This document shows, in pieces, positions 27,387 through 36,976 of a stretch of DNA of 64,000 nucleotides. The stretch comes from an uncultured Gemmatimonadales bacterium (GTDB lineage Bacteria; Gemmatimonadota; Gemmatimonadetes; Longimicrobiales; RSA9), in contig CAWAMW010000015.1 of the NCBI GenBank assembly GCA_963783305.1, positions 55,767 through 119,766 on the forward strand, in the 5' to 3' direction. The notes under the pieces are model-generated. The model did no database searches. It was given only the letters and a program-made list of their open reading frames with translations, and was not told where the DNA came from. The position numbers were made by a program, and so were the translations under genes. Every line of letters starts with the position of its first letter. Within the stretch, counting starts at the first letter, position 1.

Positions 27387-29252
27387 TCAGGGCAGCTCGG
27401 GCTCTACGTCCAGACCGCCGTCCGCCGCCCCCATCGCCGCCCCCATCGCCGCCGCCATGTACACAAGGTTGGCGCTGCCATCCATGATCGGCTCGTTGGT
27501 GGAGTAGTCGCCGAAGTCGTCGTGGTAGACGATAGGGCCGGTATTGAGGGCCTCGTAGCGGTCGGGCCGGTAGAGTTGGATGTACATGAGGTTCTCGTAG
27601 ATCGACCGATAGACGGGGCCGTCGACGAGGCCGCCGAGCTGAGTGGCCGGCCCCATCTCCCGAGCGATCACCGAATGCGGGTCGTCGGTGCTGTTCCCGT
27701 TGCCCGGGTAGCCGATGACCATGGATGCGCCCCACGGATTCGCCCCGAAGATCCAGTCGATCGCGGCCTGCTCATACGTCCGGAACGTGGTGTCACCGGT
27801 CATCCGCCGGTACAGGTAGGCCTGTGTGGCGAAAGAAGCCATCAGGTCGTTGGAGCACCAGATGAACGGAATGCCGATCCGAAAGCCGTTGTCGGCCCGC
27901 TCCGCCACCCGCTCCAGACCCTCGCGGTAGAAGTCGGACATGAGGCGCCGCACCTCCGGATCGCCCTCTCTCCACACCTGGTAGTGGCCGTAATTGTGCC
28001 AAGGGTACCACTGGTAGTGCCGCGCCGTGTCCTGCCCCATCCAGGGGGTGACGGGCTCCTCGCGGGCGTACTCCACGGCCTCCCGCAGATAGCGCTCCTC
28101 GCCGGTCAGGTCGTGGAGCTGAGCGGCCGCAAGCTCCATGTCATCGACCCAATTGTCCTCCTCATAGAAATACGGAGCGCGAGCCGGGGCGGTCTGGCAC
28201 ACGCCCGGGTGGCGCCGACCCAGCTCGTAGGCGGAGAGCGCCCGGGAGCGCAGCGTGTCCGCGAGCGTCGGGTCCCGATCGGCGATGAGGACGGCGCCGA
28301 GAGCCATGGCCGATGTGAATTTGCCGGCCGTGGACGCGAGCCCATCCGAGCGGTTCTGGTGCTCGAAGAGGCCCTGCGGCCGGCCGGTGCACGGGTACAC
28401 GGGCCGGTACCCGCCCTTGCCCCAGCCGTAATCGGCGGAGTCGGTGGTGGGTAGAGACCAGGTGAGGTGGTCTCGGTCGTCGGCGATCTGGTTCAGCAGA
28501 AGGTCAGGCTCGGGATGCATGGCCACCAGCCACTCCAGTCCGTGGCGGGCCTCGTCCAGCACGTCCGGAATCCCGTTCGAGCCTGGCGTTCCATCCGCAC
28601 GGTGGAGGTCACCGAACGCGTCGGGGTGATCGCGGTAGGCGGCGAGAAGCGAATAGGTGGCGGTGGCGGAGGTGGCAACGTACTGGAGGTAGTCGGCGGC
28701 GTCGTGCCAGCCGCCCGCGACCGGAATGAACTCCCCCGCCCTGGGATGATCCACGAGGATCCCGTCGGTCCGGTGGTGGACGGAATCCATGAAGAGCGGG
28801 TTGTATCCCGACCGCTGCTGCCGCATGTACATGAGGAGCGTATCGGCCGCGCCGGCGTACGCGTCCGCCGCGACCCGGACCCGCCGGGAGGTCACACCAC
28901 CCGCGGACAGCCGGTAGGTTCCCGGGCGTCGCAGCGACGAGAAGTCCAGCCGATGGGTCACGGCGCAGGGGCCGAACCCCGGCGCCCGCTCCGCGGGACC
29001 CTCGAGTGCCACGCTCCCGTCCTCGTCGACAACCGAGAACGAGTCGACCTCCTCCTCCTCGATCGAGCAGACCACGGCCACCTTCGGACCGTCCGGGAGG
29101 TAGCCGACCTGGTTGACCCTGATGAAGCTCGTTACGGCCGTATGGGCGCCCGCGTCAACGGGAGCCGCGGTCGCGGGATCCGCCGGTGGTGCGCACGCGC
29201 TCATGGCCAGGAGCGCCATGAGGCAGGTGCGTGAGACAGAGCGCTGCTTCAC
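27387..29252 (-). CDS. glycoside hydrolase family 9 (endoglucanase-like) lipoprotein with N-terminal Ig-like domain
   Basis: GTG at 29252 overlaps the upstream stop (GTGA). The lipobox is LLAMSAC. GGWHDAADYLQY matches the GH9 GGWYDAGD motif. DELAAAQLHDLTG and the C-terminal NEPIMDGSANLVY also fit GH9. Confidence 0.8.
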   Translation of the reverse strand: MKQRSVSRTCLMALLAMSACAPPADPATAAPVDAGAHTAVTSFIRVNQVGYLPDGPKVAVVCSIEEEEVDSFSVVDEDGSVALEGPAERAPGFGPCAVTHRLDFSSLRRPGTYRLSAGGVTSRRVRVAADAYAGAADTLLMYMRQQRSGYNPLFMDSVHHRTDGILVDHPRAGEFIPVAGGWHDAADYLQYVATSATATYSLLAAYRDHPDAFGDLHRADGTPGSNGIPDVLDEARHGLEWLVAMHPEPDLLLNQIADDRDHLTWSLPTTDSADYGWGKGGYRPVYPCTGRPQGLFEHQNRSDGLASTAGKFTSAMALGAVLIADRDPTLADTLRSRALSAYELGRRHPGVCQTAPARAPYFYEEDNWVDDMELAAAQLHDLTGEERYLREAVEYAREEPVTPWMGQDTARHYQWYPWHNYGHYQVWREGDPEVRRLMSDFYREGLERVAERADNGFRIGIPFIWCSNDLMASFATQAYLYRRMTGDTTFRTYEQAAIDWIFGANPWGASMVIGYPGNGNSTDDPHSVIAREMGPATQLGGLVDGPVYRSIYENLMYIQLYRPDRYEALNTGPIVYHDDFGDYSTNEPIMDGSANLVYMAAAMGAAMGAADGGLDVEPELP

Positions 29253-30121
29253 TCCGGTCGGGCCTTCCGCATCAGCTCGCGGGTCTCACGCTCCAGCAGG
29301 CTCGGGTAGGTGTATTCCAGGTCCCGGCCGACCATGCGGGCGGCGTGGCTGAACAGGTCGGCCATGGCGTCCAGCGCGTCGGCGTGGCTGCGGAGGGTCT
29401 GGCTGGCATAGGTGGTATCGAGTGCCTCGCGTTGGTCCGGCTCCAGGAGCCAGCGCAGCCCGCTGCCCCGCACACCCACGCTCTGCTCCCACTGTCGGTT
29501 CACCTGGACGTACCACTCCAGCATGGGGAGCAGGCAGCGGTAGCGGAGGACGGTCTCGAGACTGTAGCGCGCGGGCAGAAGCTCACCGCGGCCGACCCAC
29601 TTGGCCACGTACAGCGATTCCCACCAGAACTCTTCCACCACCGCCCGGTACTCCGCTTCACTGGGTGGGCGCGGCACGTAGGCGGCGGCTGAAGGGGGGC
29701 GGAGCCGCTCGGCGATCCCGTCGCGGTCGAGCAGCACCCGGTAGCCGGCGGCGAGCCAGTCGGGCAGGCTTTCCTGCTCGGCGATCCGGCGGAGTAGCTC
29801 GATCCGGGACAGGGTGAAATCGATCCGATGACCGCCTCGGTACTGGACCAGACGCACCGGCACCGGCTCGCCACGGTGCTCACCGGTCTCCCGGAAAATG
29901 AGGAGCGGCCGACCGAATGCCTCGAGCCAGTCATCCCGTTCGGGGAGGCGGCTCCCCTGCTCCAGGAAGAGGACGAAATCGTGATCGGAGAGCCCGTCCC
30001 GCGCCCCCTGCGGCGACCCCCTCGATCCCACCAGCAGGGCCGCGCGCACGTCCAGCGCGCCGGCGGCCCACTCCACGACCTTCGCCTCGACCGCGTCGAG
30101 GGATGATTCCTCGTGTTTCAT
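29249..30121 (-). CDS. aminoglycoside 6-adenylyltransferase-like nucleotidyltransferase (ANT(6)/AadK family fold)
   Basis: ATG at 30121 follows GGGAG. ALLVGSRGS..SDHDFVLFL is the NTase core. EFWWESLYVAKWVGRGELLPARYSLE..LLPMLEW parallels the AadK C-terminal helical domain. Confidence 0.7.
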   Translation of the reverse strand: MKHEESSLDAVEAKVVEWAAGALDVRAALLVGSRGSPQGARDGLSDHDFVLFLEQGSRLPERDDWLEAFGRPLLIFRETGEHRGEPVPVRLVQYRGGHRIDFTLSRIELLRRIAEQESLPDWLAAGYRVLLDRDGIAERLRPPSAAAYVPRPPSEAEYRAVVEEFWWESLYVAKWVGRGELLPARYSLETVLRYRCLLPMLEWYVQVNRQWEQSVGVRGSGLRWLLEPDQREALDTTYASQTLRSHADALDAMADLFSHAARMVGRDLEYTYPSLLERETRELMRKARPE

Positions 30122-30193
30122 GGCTGCACTCCCTGGGCAATGGCCATCGCACCGGCCAACATAGCCGGTCGATGGGGGCCGGTCACGGGCACA

Positions 30194-32443
30194 CTACCGC
30201 CGGCCCGGCCGGTACTCGCGGATGGTGGCGGACCGGACCTCCTCCGGGGTGAACGCCACGGGCTTCATGTGGTTCTCCGTGAAGAGTCGAAGCTGATCGT
30301 TGAAGTGCGGCGAGTCCGCGCGGTTGCTCTGCCCGTAGGCAAGGACGGAGTACGCCCGCGGGACCTCGCCGAACTCCACGGCGAGCACCCAGCCATCGCC
30401 GCCGCGGACCTGGAGCCGCCGCGGATCCTCGTCGTGGTCCACGAACCAGAGGACGCGGAAACACCCCAGTGCGCCCGCACAGCCGCCCACCGGGAGGTCC
30501 AGCTCGCCGATCCGGGCGCGGTGCACCGCGCCCCAGGGGAGGTCCCATCCCCCGTAGCGACGCGTCGCCTCGCTCACCGCCCACCGGAACGCCTCCACCG
30601 CGCGATCGGGGTCCGCGAGGCCGCGGGGCGTGTCCAGCGGCCGCTCCGGGGACCACGGCACCTCGAAGAGGGATCCCGCCGTGGCGTCGAACCCGGACGA
30701 CGCCGGCGACCCGGGCGCCGCCTCTCCACCTTCCACGTAGCGCCACCACCACGTCTTGAACAGCACGCCGCCGCGGCTCTCGCGCGCCACCGTGCCGTCC
30801 CACGTGTCGATGAGGGCGATCGCGTCGGCCACCTCCCCGGCGGGAGCGGCGGCGCGGACGGCGGCCACCAGGTCATCCTTCACCCGGTCGGCGAGCAGCA
30901 TCCGCATGCTGTGCTTCCGCTCCACCACGTCCTCGAGGGAGAGGATCTCCTCGGTTCCGATCAGCTGGAGCGAGAGCTGGCTCCGCAAACGCAGCCGGGG
31001 TGCGGGGTAGTGGGCGGGGAAGTCGTCGGCATCCAGGAGTGCGGCGAGGTTCGTGTAGTGGAACTCGTCGTTCTCGTTGTGCAGGTATCCGCCGGGGGGG
31101 TTCAGCAGCTGGGGAAGTGAGTCCCACGGCACGAGGCGGGTTCCGATCTCAGCCCGGCTGGTGACCGCCACCGCCGCGGTGTCCCCCCCGGACACATGGG
31201 GAAGCACCGGTATGGTGGCGTTCCAGACGTAGAAGATGTTCCCGTCCGCGTCGGCGTATGTGAAGTTCGAGGAGGTGTGGCCCCGGAGCCGCATGGCCTG
31301 CTTCCACTCGTTCAGCGAGGTGGCCTGCAGCATCCGGAGGAACTGCTCGCCGGCACGGAAGCCCCCCTCGTAGGCGGTGCTGAGGACGTGGATCATTCCG
31401 CCGCCCTGATGGATCACGGGGCCGAACGGGGTGGTGAGGAACTCCCTCGACTCGACCCCGACCTCGTCCCCGTCCCTGAACTCCACCAGGACCGTTTCGC
31501 GCTCGATGGGGCTCGAGACGCCGTCCAGGATGTAGTGGTCCGGACGGTGGGGATCGAGGGCCAGGGCGTAGATCTCGTCCAGGTCCGGGGCGTTGTTCGT
31601 GGTGCTCCAGCCCAGGTGACGATTGAACCCGCCGATGGTACCAAAGGGCCCGCCCACCCGGAAGTCGCCGTAGAAGTCCAACGATCCCGGCACGGTCACG
31701 TGGGCCTCGTAGTAGCCGGCGCCCCAGGAGAGGTGCGGGTTGCGGACCAGGATGGCGCGCCCGGAGGTGGTACGCTCCGGCGCCAGCGCCCAGGTGTTCG
31801 ATCCGGCATCCGGGTGCGGCTCGGGGGCGGCCGCGGCCAGACGCCGCCACATCTCGGTCGCGTTCGACGAGCCGTCCCCGGTCCGTTCCTGGGCCCCGCT
31901 CCGCTCCCGCTCCAACCGCTCCAGGAACCGACGCGCGCTCCGGGGGCTCGCTCCGGTGATGCTGAGCGCGTGGATGTCGCGCCCGTCGAACGTCGGTCGG
32001 ACCCAGGATGGGAAGAACGACGGGTTCAGCTCGATGTAACGGTTCACGCCGGCCGCGAACCCCTCGAGGACGTCGCGGGTGTCGGCGCTTATGAGCGGGT
32101 AGGTCTCCACCGCCCGGTCGTGGCGGCGACGGCTGAGCGCGTCCCCATCGATGGCCTCGGGGCCGGTGTACCGCGACCATTCGCCCCGGGCCCGGATCAG
32201 CCCTTCCACGACGTCCATGCCGTAGTCCTCGAGCTGCACCCAGCCCATGCCGTACCCGGCGGCCCTCAGATTCTCCGCCTCGATGTGGGGCACACCGTAG
32301 GCCGTGCGCCGAATCACCACCTGCTCGGAAAGGTCTACGGTGGCGCCCTGCGCGGGCATCTCCCGGCCGGGGGAGCCCGTCGCGCACGCGGCGGTCAGGA
32401 CGGAAAGAGCAAGGGCGAGAGCCCGCACCGGGCGATAGGACAT
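30194..32443 (-). CDS. penicillin/AHL acylase family Ntn-hydrolase lipoprotein
   Basis: ATG at 32443 lies 6 nt after GAGGAG (the track start at 32446 is TTG). The lipobox is LTAACATG. The Ntn nucleophile context is GSNTWALAPERTTSGRAILVRNPHL. Size and the two-chain layout are typical of this family. Confidence 0.85.
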   Translation of the reverse strand: MSYRPVRALALALSVLTAACATGSPGREMPAQGATVDLSEQVVIRRTAYGVPHIEAENLRAAGYGMGWVQLEDYGMDVVEGLIRARGEWSRYTGPEAIDGDALSRRRHDRAVETYPLISADTRDVLEGFAAGVNRYIELNPSFFPSWVRPTFDGRDIHALSITGASPRSARRFLERLERERSGAQERTGDGSSNATEMWRRLAAAAPEPHPDAGSNTWALAPERTTSGRAILVRNPHLSWGAGYYEAHVTVPGSLDFYGDFRVGGPFGTIGGFNRHLGWSTTNNAPDLDEIYALALDPHRPDHYILDGVSSPIERETVLVEFRDGDEVGVESREFLTTPFGPVIHQGGGMIHVLSTAYEGGFRAGEQFLRMLQATSLNEWKQAMRLRGHTSSNFTYADADGNIFYVWNATIPVLPHVSGGDTAAVAVTSRAEIGTRLVPWDSLPQLLNPPGGYLHNENDEFHYTNLAALLDADDFPAHYPAPRLRLRSQLSLQLIGTEEILSLEDVVERKHSMRMLLADRVKDDLVAAVRAAAPAGEVADAIALIDTWDGTVARESRGGVLFKTWWWRYVEGGEAAPGSPASSGFDATAGSLFEVPWSPERPLDTPRGLADPDRAVEAFRWAVSEATRRYGGWDLPWGAVHRARIGELDLPVGGCAGALGCFRVLWFVDHDEDPRRLQVRGGDGWVLAVEFGEVPRAYSVLAYGQSNRADSPHFNDQLRLFTENHMKPVAFTPEEVRSATIREYRPGRR

Positions 32444-32560
32444 CAAGAACTCCTCGTGGACGCTGCGTCGCGTGGGACCCGATCACTACTCGGTCCCCGC
32501 AATTGGCCGCCTCGAGGCGGCCGCGTCAACGGTGCGGCGCCGGGCCGGTGCGCCGGCCGG

Positions 32561-33013
32561 TCAGCTTTCGGTCAGCTCGTCGATGGCCGCGCGCACCGGG
32601 CCCGGGATGGAGGCCCGACGCCGGGCGCCATAGTCGTACGACACGACTACGCCCACGCCTTCCGCGACGATTTCGCCCGTTGACTGGCTCAGCACCCGAT
32701 AGGTCTGGGTGAAGCGGTCGTCCGCCACCGCCGTCGTCCGGACGGCCACGGTCACGGTGTCGGGAAACTCGACGGGGCGCCGGAAACGACAGCCGGTGGA
32801 GGCGAGGATGGGGCCGACGCCGCCGGCATGGCCGCCCGCGGTGAAGCCGATCGCCTCCAGGAAAGCGATACGACCGGTCTCGAACCAGCGGAAGAAGACG
32901 GTGTTGTTCACGTGGGCGAAGGCGTCCATGTCGCCCCACGCCACGGGAATGTCTACGCGAATGGGGTACCCGGCGATCGCGTCGGTCCCCTGACGACCCT
33001 CAGGTGGCGCCAC
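32561..33013 (-). CDS. acyl-CoA thioesterase (4HBT/YbgC-like hotdog fold)
   Basis: YPIRVDIPVAWGDMDAFAHVNNTVFFRWFETGRIAFLE is the typical 4HBT N-terminus. The GTG start at 33013 overlaps the MscS stop by 14 nt. Confidence 0.7.
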   Translation of the reverse strand: MAPPEGRQGTDAIAGYPIRVDIPVAWGDMDAFAHVNNTVFFRWFETGRIAFLEAIGFTAGGHAGGVGPILASTGCRFRRPVEFPDTVTVAVRTTAVADDRFTQTYRVLSQSTGEIVAEGVGVVVSYDYGARRRASIPGPVRAAIDELTES

Positions 33014-33995
33014 GTCCGGACTCCCTCAGGGCCTGCGAGAGCCCCTGCCCACCCACGACGTGGCCGCCGAAGTCCAGTGTGCGGATCGGGAACGGGATGG
33101 TGATGTCGGCGCGATCGAACGCCGCCTTGATCGACATGATGGCCTCGCTCCGCGCGCTGAGGAAATCCACCTGGCGGCTGAAGCGGATCCAGAACCGGAT
33201 CTGGAAGTTGATGGAGCTGTCGCCGAACTCCTCGTAGAAGAGGTCCACGGGCTGGTTCGGATCGCGCAACTCCAGCGCTTCCAGCGCCTCGATGGCGACT
33301 CGACGGGCCTTTTCCAGGTCGTCCCCGTACGCCACTCCCACCGCGATGTCCACCCGCCGGCGGCCGGACTGTGAGTAGTTGATCAGCGGGTTCTTGAACA
33401 CCATGGCGTTCGGGATGAGCACCCGCTGCCCCTGGAAGGTGCGGATCGTCGTCGCCCGCAGCTGAACGCGCTCGACGATCCCCTCGTAATCGTTGCTCGA
33501 GACGATGTCACCCTCGGTGAACTGGTCCTGTACGTTCAGAACCACGCCGGCGATGAAGTTCTCTGCGATGTCCTGGAACGCGAAGCCCAGCGCCAATCCC
33601 AGGATCCCGGCACCGGCCAGCAGCGAGGTGACGGTGCGGTCGAGGTTCAGGGCGCCCAGCGCCAGGACCAGGCCGATGCCGATCACGACCACGTACGCCG
33701 CGCCCGCGGCCAGGCGGCTGACCTCCGGCTGGTGCGCCAGACGGTCCACCACCCGCGACACGATTCCGCGCGCGAGCCGCGCCAGCCCCCAGAAGGCGAC
33801 CAGTACGAGGATCGCCGCGAGGATGTTCGGCAGGCTCTCGATCAGGCCATACGTCCAGACGGTGACCTTGTCCCACGCGTCGGTGAGCGCCGCGTTGACG
33901 TCCACCACCGCGCTGGTGGTGTCCGGGGCGGCGCCGTTCGACGAAGCTGCTTCCTGCAATCTGTACATGGGGATCGACTGGCTCCACTCGTTCAT
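33000..33995 (-). CDS. mechanosensitive ion channel (MscS family)
   Basis: N-terminal TM helices include the pore helix LAGAGILGLALGFAFQDIAENFIAGV. This is followed by the beta domain GDIV..GIVERVQLRATTIRTFQGQRVLIPNAMV. Confidence 0.85.
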   Translation of the reverse strand: MNEWSQSIPMYRLQEAASSNGAAPDTTSAVVDVNAALTDAWDKVTVWTYGLIESLPNILAAILVLVAFWGLARLARGIVSRVVDRLAHQPEVSRLAAGAAYVVVIGIGLVLALGALNLDRTVTSLLAGAGILGLALGFAFQDIAENFIAGVVLNVQDQFTEGDIVSSNDYEGIVERVQLRATTIRTFQGQRVLIPNAMVFKNPLINYSQSGRRRVDIAVGVAYGDDLEKARRVAIEALEALELRDPNQPVDLFYEEFGDSSINFQIRFWIRFSRQVDFLSARSEAIMSIKAAFDRADITIPFPIRTLDFGGHVVGGQGLSQALRESGRGAT

Positions 33996-34204
33996 TCGGT
34001 TCGCACGCTAACCTAGAACGGTGGCCGCGGAGCCACAAACCCGGCGACTGAAACGATTGCGCCAACCCGCTGGGGCGTCTAGTCATTCGAGGCGGGCGCC
34101 ACTCCGACCCCGAACCCGACCGCCGACGCCCGAGGAGCAGCCGTGGCCATCCGGATCGTCCGCCTGGTGACAATGGCGAGGGCGAGGGGCACTGGGGAGA
34201 TCAC

Positions 34205-34552
34205 ATGACGAGCCTGGCTGGAAAGCTGCAGATGACGGAGGCGCCGATCCGCATCGTGGACGCGCCTCCGGAGTTGGATCTGGGGATCCCCACCGCGGTT
34301 GACGCCGCCGGGCTCCTTGTCTTCGTCCGGAACCGCCTGGAGCTGCTCGCCCGGCGCGGCGAGGTCCTGCAGACGGCCCGCAGCGGCCACCTTTGCTGGA
34401 TCGCGTACCCCAAGGGCGGACAGCTCGGCACGGACCTCAACCGCGACACGCTCTGGAAGGAGCTGCACAGCAAGGGGGTCCGCCCGGTCCGGCAGGTTTC
34501 CATCGACAGCATCTGGAGCGCGCTGCGGTTCCGGCCCACGCCAGACGCCTGA
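34205..34552 (+). CDS. hypothetical cytoplasmic protein (DUF3052-like pattern, uncertain)
   Basis: ATG at 34205 follows GGGGAG. MTSLAGKLQMTEAPIRIVDAPPELDL..LCWIAYPKGGQLGTDLNRDTLWKELHSKGVRPVRQVSIDSIWSALRFRP has coding-like composition. The family call is tentative. Confidence 0.55.
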   Translation: MTSLAGKLQMTEAPIRIVDAPPELDLGIPTAVDAAGLLVFVRNRLELLARRGEVLQTARSGHLCWIAYPKGGQLGTDLNRDTLWKELHSKGVRPVRQVSIDSIWSALRFRPTPDA

Positions 34553-35051
34553 GCCCCCCGGCCGACGCCCGGGCCCAGCCGCGGCCGAACTGGACCGGGC
34601 CGTCGTAGCTCTCGCCGGCCTCGGGAACGGACGCGCAGCAGGCGACGCCAACCACTGTGAGCAGAAGCAGTGCGCGCATGAGCTCGGCCCGAGACCCCAC
34701 GTTCGTCATCATAACGTTCGAGCTCCTGACCCTGTGGGTTCAAGAGTGGCCCCTCGGGAAAACGGCTGAAGCGCAGCCGGATCCGCACCCGCGCGGCGCA
34801 CCCGGGCCTGGTCGATCACGCCTTTCAGGGTGACGCCGCCTCCAACGCCGCCGAACAGGACCGTCAGGACCAGCGCGTCACTCGCCACCGCGAAAGTGGA
34901 GCCGCCGCCGTGACCGCCACGAACAGCGATGCCATGGCACCAATCACCGGACCTAACCGCTTCCACTCGCTCATGATCGCTCCGGATTAGGGGGCTGACC
35001 CGGTTCCCGGCCCGGGGTCACGGAAACATGTCCCCGGGGCGGCCCGACCTG

Positions 35052-35384
35052 TCAAAGCAGGCGCGCCCCGGGCGGCACATCCCCATCCGGAACGCACAGC
35101 GACACCCGCCCCTGCTCGTCGTGGAAGCCCGTCACCAGGCACTCCGACTCGACGGGGCCGATCTGCTTCGGCGGGAAGTTCACCACGCCCACCACCATCC
35201 GCCCGACGAGCTGATCCGGCTCGTACAGCTCCGTGATCTGTGCGCTCGACGTGAGCACGCCGATCTCCGGCCCGAAATCCACTCGCAGCACGTACGCCGG
35301 CTTCCGCGCTTCCGGGAACTGGCGCGCCTCGATGATCCGGCCCGCCCGCAGATCGACGCGCTCGAAATCCTCCCAGGTGATCAT
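35052..35384 (-). CDS. csaA: tRNA-binding domain protein / chaperone CsaA
   Basis: [67 protein letters not shown] is the canonical CsaA/Trbp111-type OB-fold sequence. Confidence 0.85.
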   Translation of the reverse strand: MITWEDFERVDLRAGRIIEARQFPEARKPAYVLRVDFGPEIGVLTSSAQITELYEPDQLVGRMVVGVVNFPPKQIGPVESECLVTGFHDEQGRVSLCVPDGDVPPGARLL

Positions 35385-35393
35385 GTCGTGACG

Positions 35394-35882
35394 CTACCGC
35401 TCGTCGGCCGTGGGGCCGTAAATCGACGGCAGCGGCACGTCCAGGAGCCGGAGGTAGACCGTCAGCTGACCGCGATGGTGGATCAGATGGCTCAGGTGTT
35501 GTCTGGCCGCCGTGCGCCGGGGAGCCGCGAACATGACCCTGTCGCCGTGGCGGAGCGTCCACTCCACGTCCAGCGCCTCACCGGTGACGTCCCGAAGCGC
35601 TTCCCGTGACGTGGCCGCCCCGTCCTCGAACACCTCGAGCAGCGCTTCCGTCGGCTCGAAGCTGTACTTCAGGTCGGATTTCGCGAAGTCGAGCTCCGTC
35701 GCCGTGAGCGTGGAGCCGATCCACGCCGGCATCCACGCCACCAGCTGCGCCAGGTGCCCCAGTGGGAACGACTTCTCGTGCGGCTTCCACTCGCCGTGCT
35801 CGGTGGGCACCCGCGCCAGCAGCCGCCGCGTGGCGTCCATCTCGTAGTCGAACTCGTCCAGCGGGATCAGTGGCTCACTCAT
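35394..35882 (-). CDS. DinB family (DinB_2-like four-helix bundle) protein
   Basis: It is 162 aa and has the His triad pattern (..HLAQLV.., ..HLSHLIHHRGQLTVYLR..) typical of the DinB/YfiT superfamily. Confidence 0.7.
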   Translation of the reverse strand: MSEPLIPLDEFDYEMDATRRLLARVPTEHGEWKPHEKSFPLGHLAQLVAWMPAWIGSTLTATELDFAKSDLKYSFEPTEALLEVFEDGAATSREALRDVTGEALDVEWTLRHGDRVMFAAPRRTAARQHLSHLIHHRGQLTVYLRLLDVPLPSIYGPTADER

Positions 35883-36885
35883 CGGGTTCCTCCGCAGTGG
35901 ATGGGGCGCGACCGCCCCAGTGCTCGAAGACCGCTCCGGACACGGCGCGGATCAGCGCCTCGCCTTCATTGTCCCGTTCCCAGCGCGCGTCCTCCTGCTC
36001 GCGGGTCATGATGCACAGTACGTAATCGCCGGCGGGCGCATTGACCAGAAGCACCTCCGACCGCGCGCGGCTCACCGCGCCGGGCTTCGCCGCCACGTTC
36101 ACGTCCGCGGGCAGGACCGAGGTCGCACCGTCGGGCCACCAGCTCCTGCTCAGCAGCCGGTACATCTCGTTCGAGGCCTCCTCGCTCACGACCGCGCCGT
36201 TCCGGATCATGGTCAGCAGCCGCGCCATCTCTCTCGGTGTGCTCTGGCCCCAGCCGTAGACCTCCCAGTCACCGTTCCGGCCGTCGACCCGCGAGTTGAC
36301 CCGCGTGTGCTCGAAACCCCGCTCGGTCAGCCACTCGTTCACCTCGCCACCGCCCACGAGACCCTGGATCCACAGGCTCGCCGTGTTGTCGCTCAGCACG
36401 ATCATCTGGACCGCGAGCTGCCAGAGCGACAGCTCCGACCCCGCACTCAGCTTGTTCACCAGATCCTCCTCGCTCTCGTAGTACAGCGAGTCCGCATACT
36501 CCAGGCGCGCATCCAGATCCAGCCGCCCCTCCGCCGCCGCCTCGTACAGCCCGATCAGCAGCGGCACCTTCACCATGCTCGCCGTCGGATAGATCTCGTC
36601 CGCGGCAATGCTCACTTCCGCGCCGGTCCCGAGCCGCCGGGCGTACACCCCCACGTGTCCGCCGAACCCGTCGAGCAGCCCCTGCAGCTCGGCCTCCAGC
36701 TCCCGGTCGGTCGCGTCCGCACCGGGGTCGGCGGCGGCGGCGGTCCGTGCCGTTGCGCCCGATGAGCACGCAAGCGCGGGCAGGATGACCAGGGGCAGGA
36801 ACATCAGCGGACGAGTCCATGGGGGCCGGCGGCGGAAGGGTCGGGCCGCGGACGGTGACGCTGACGGTGGAGTCGGGAGGCGCAT
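35875..36885 (-). CDS. class A beta-lactamase-related serine hydrolase lipoprotein
   Basis: Internal ATG at 36885. The lipobox is LPALACSSG. The SxxK motif is in PTASMVKV, SDN is in VLSDNTAS, and KPG (a KTG variant) is in VAAKPGAV. The stop overlaps the DinB start by 8 nt. Confidence 0.8.
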   Translation of the reverse strand: MRLPTPPSASPSAARPFRRRPPWTRPLMFLPLVILPALACSSGATARTAAAADPGADATDRELEAELQGLLDGFGGHVGVYARRLGTGAEVSIAADEIYPTASMVKVPLLIGLYEAAAEGRLDLDARLEYADSLYYESEEDLVNKLSAGSELSLWQLAVQMIVLSDNTASLWIQGLVGGGEVNEWLTERGFEHTRVNSRVDGRNGDWEVYGWGQSTPREMARLLTMIRNGAVVSEEASNEMYRLLSRSWWPDGATSVLPADVNVAAKPGAVSRARSEVLLVNAPAGDYVLCIMTREQEDARWERDNEGEALIRAVSGAVFEHWGGRAPSTAEEPDE

Positions 36886-36976
36886 GGCTAGCTCGGGGTG
36901 ATGTGTGAAGGCTGCGGGATCGGAGCGTATCTTGCACGCCGCGAAGTCGACGCGCCATTCCCTCCGAGGAGAGTTC

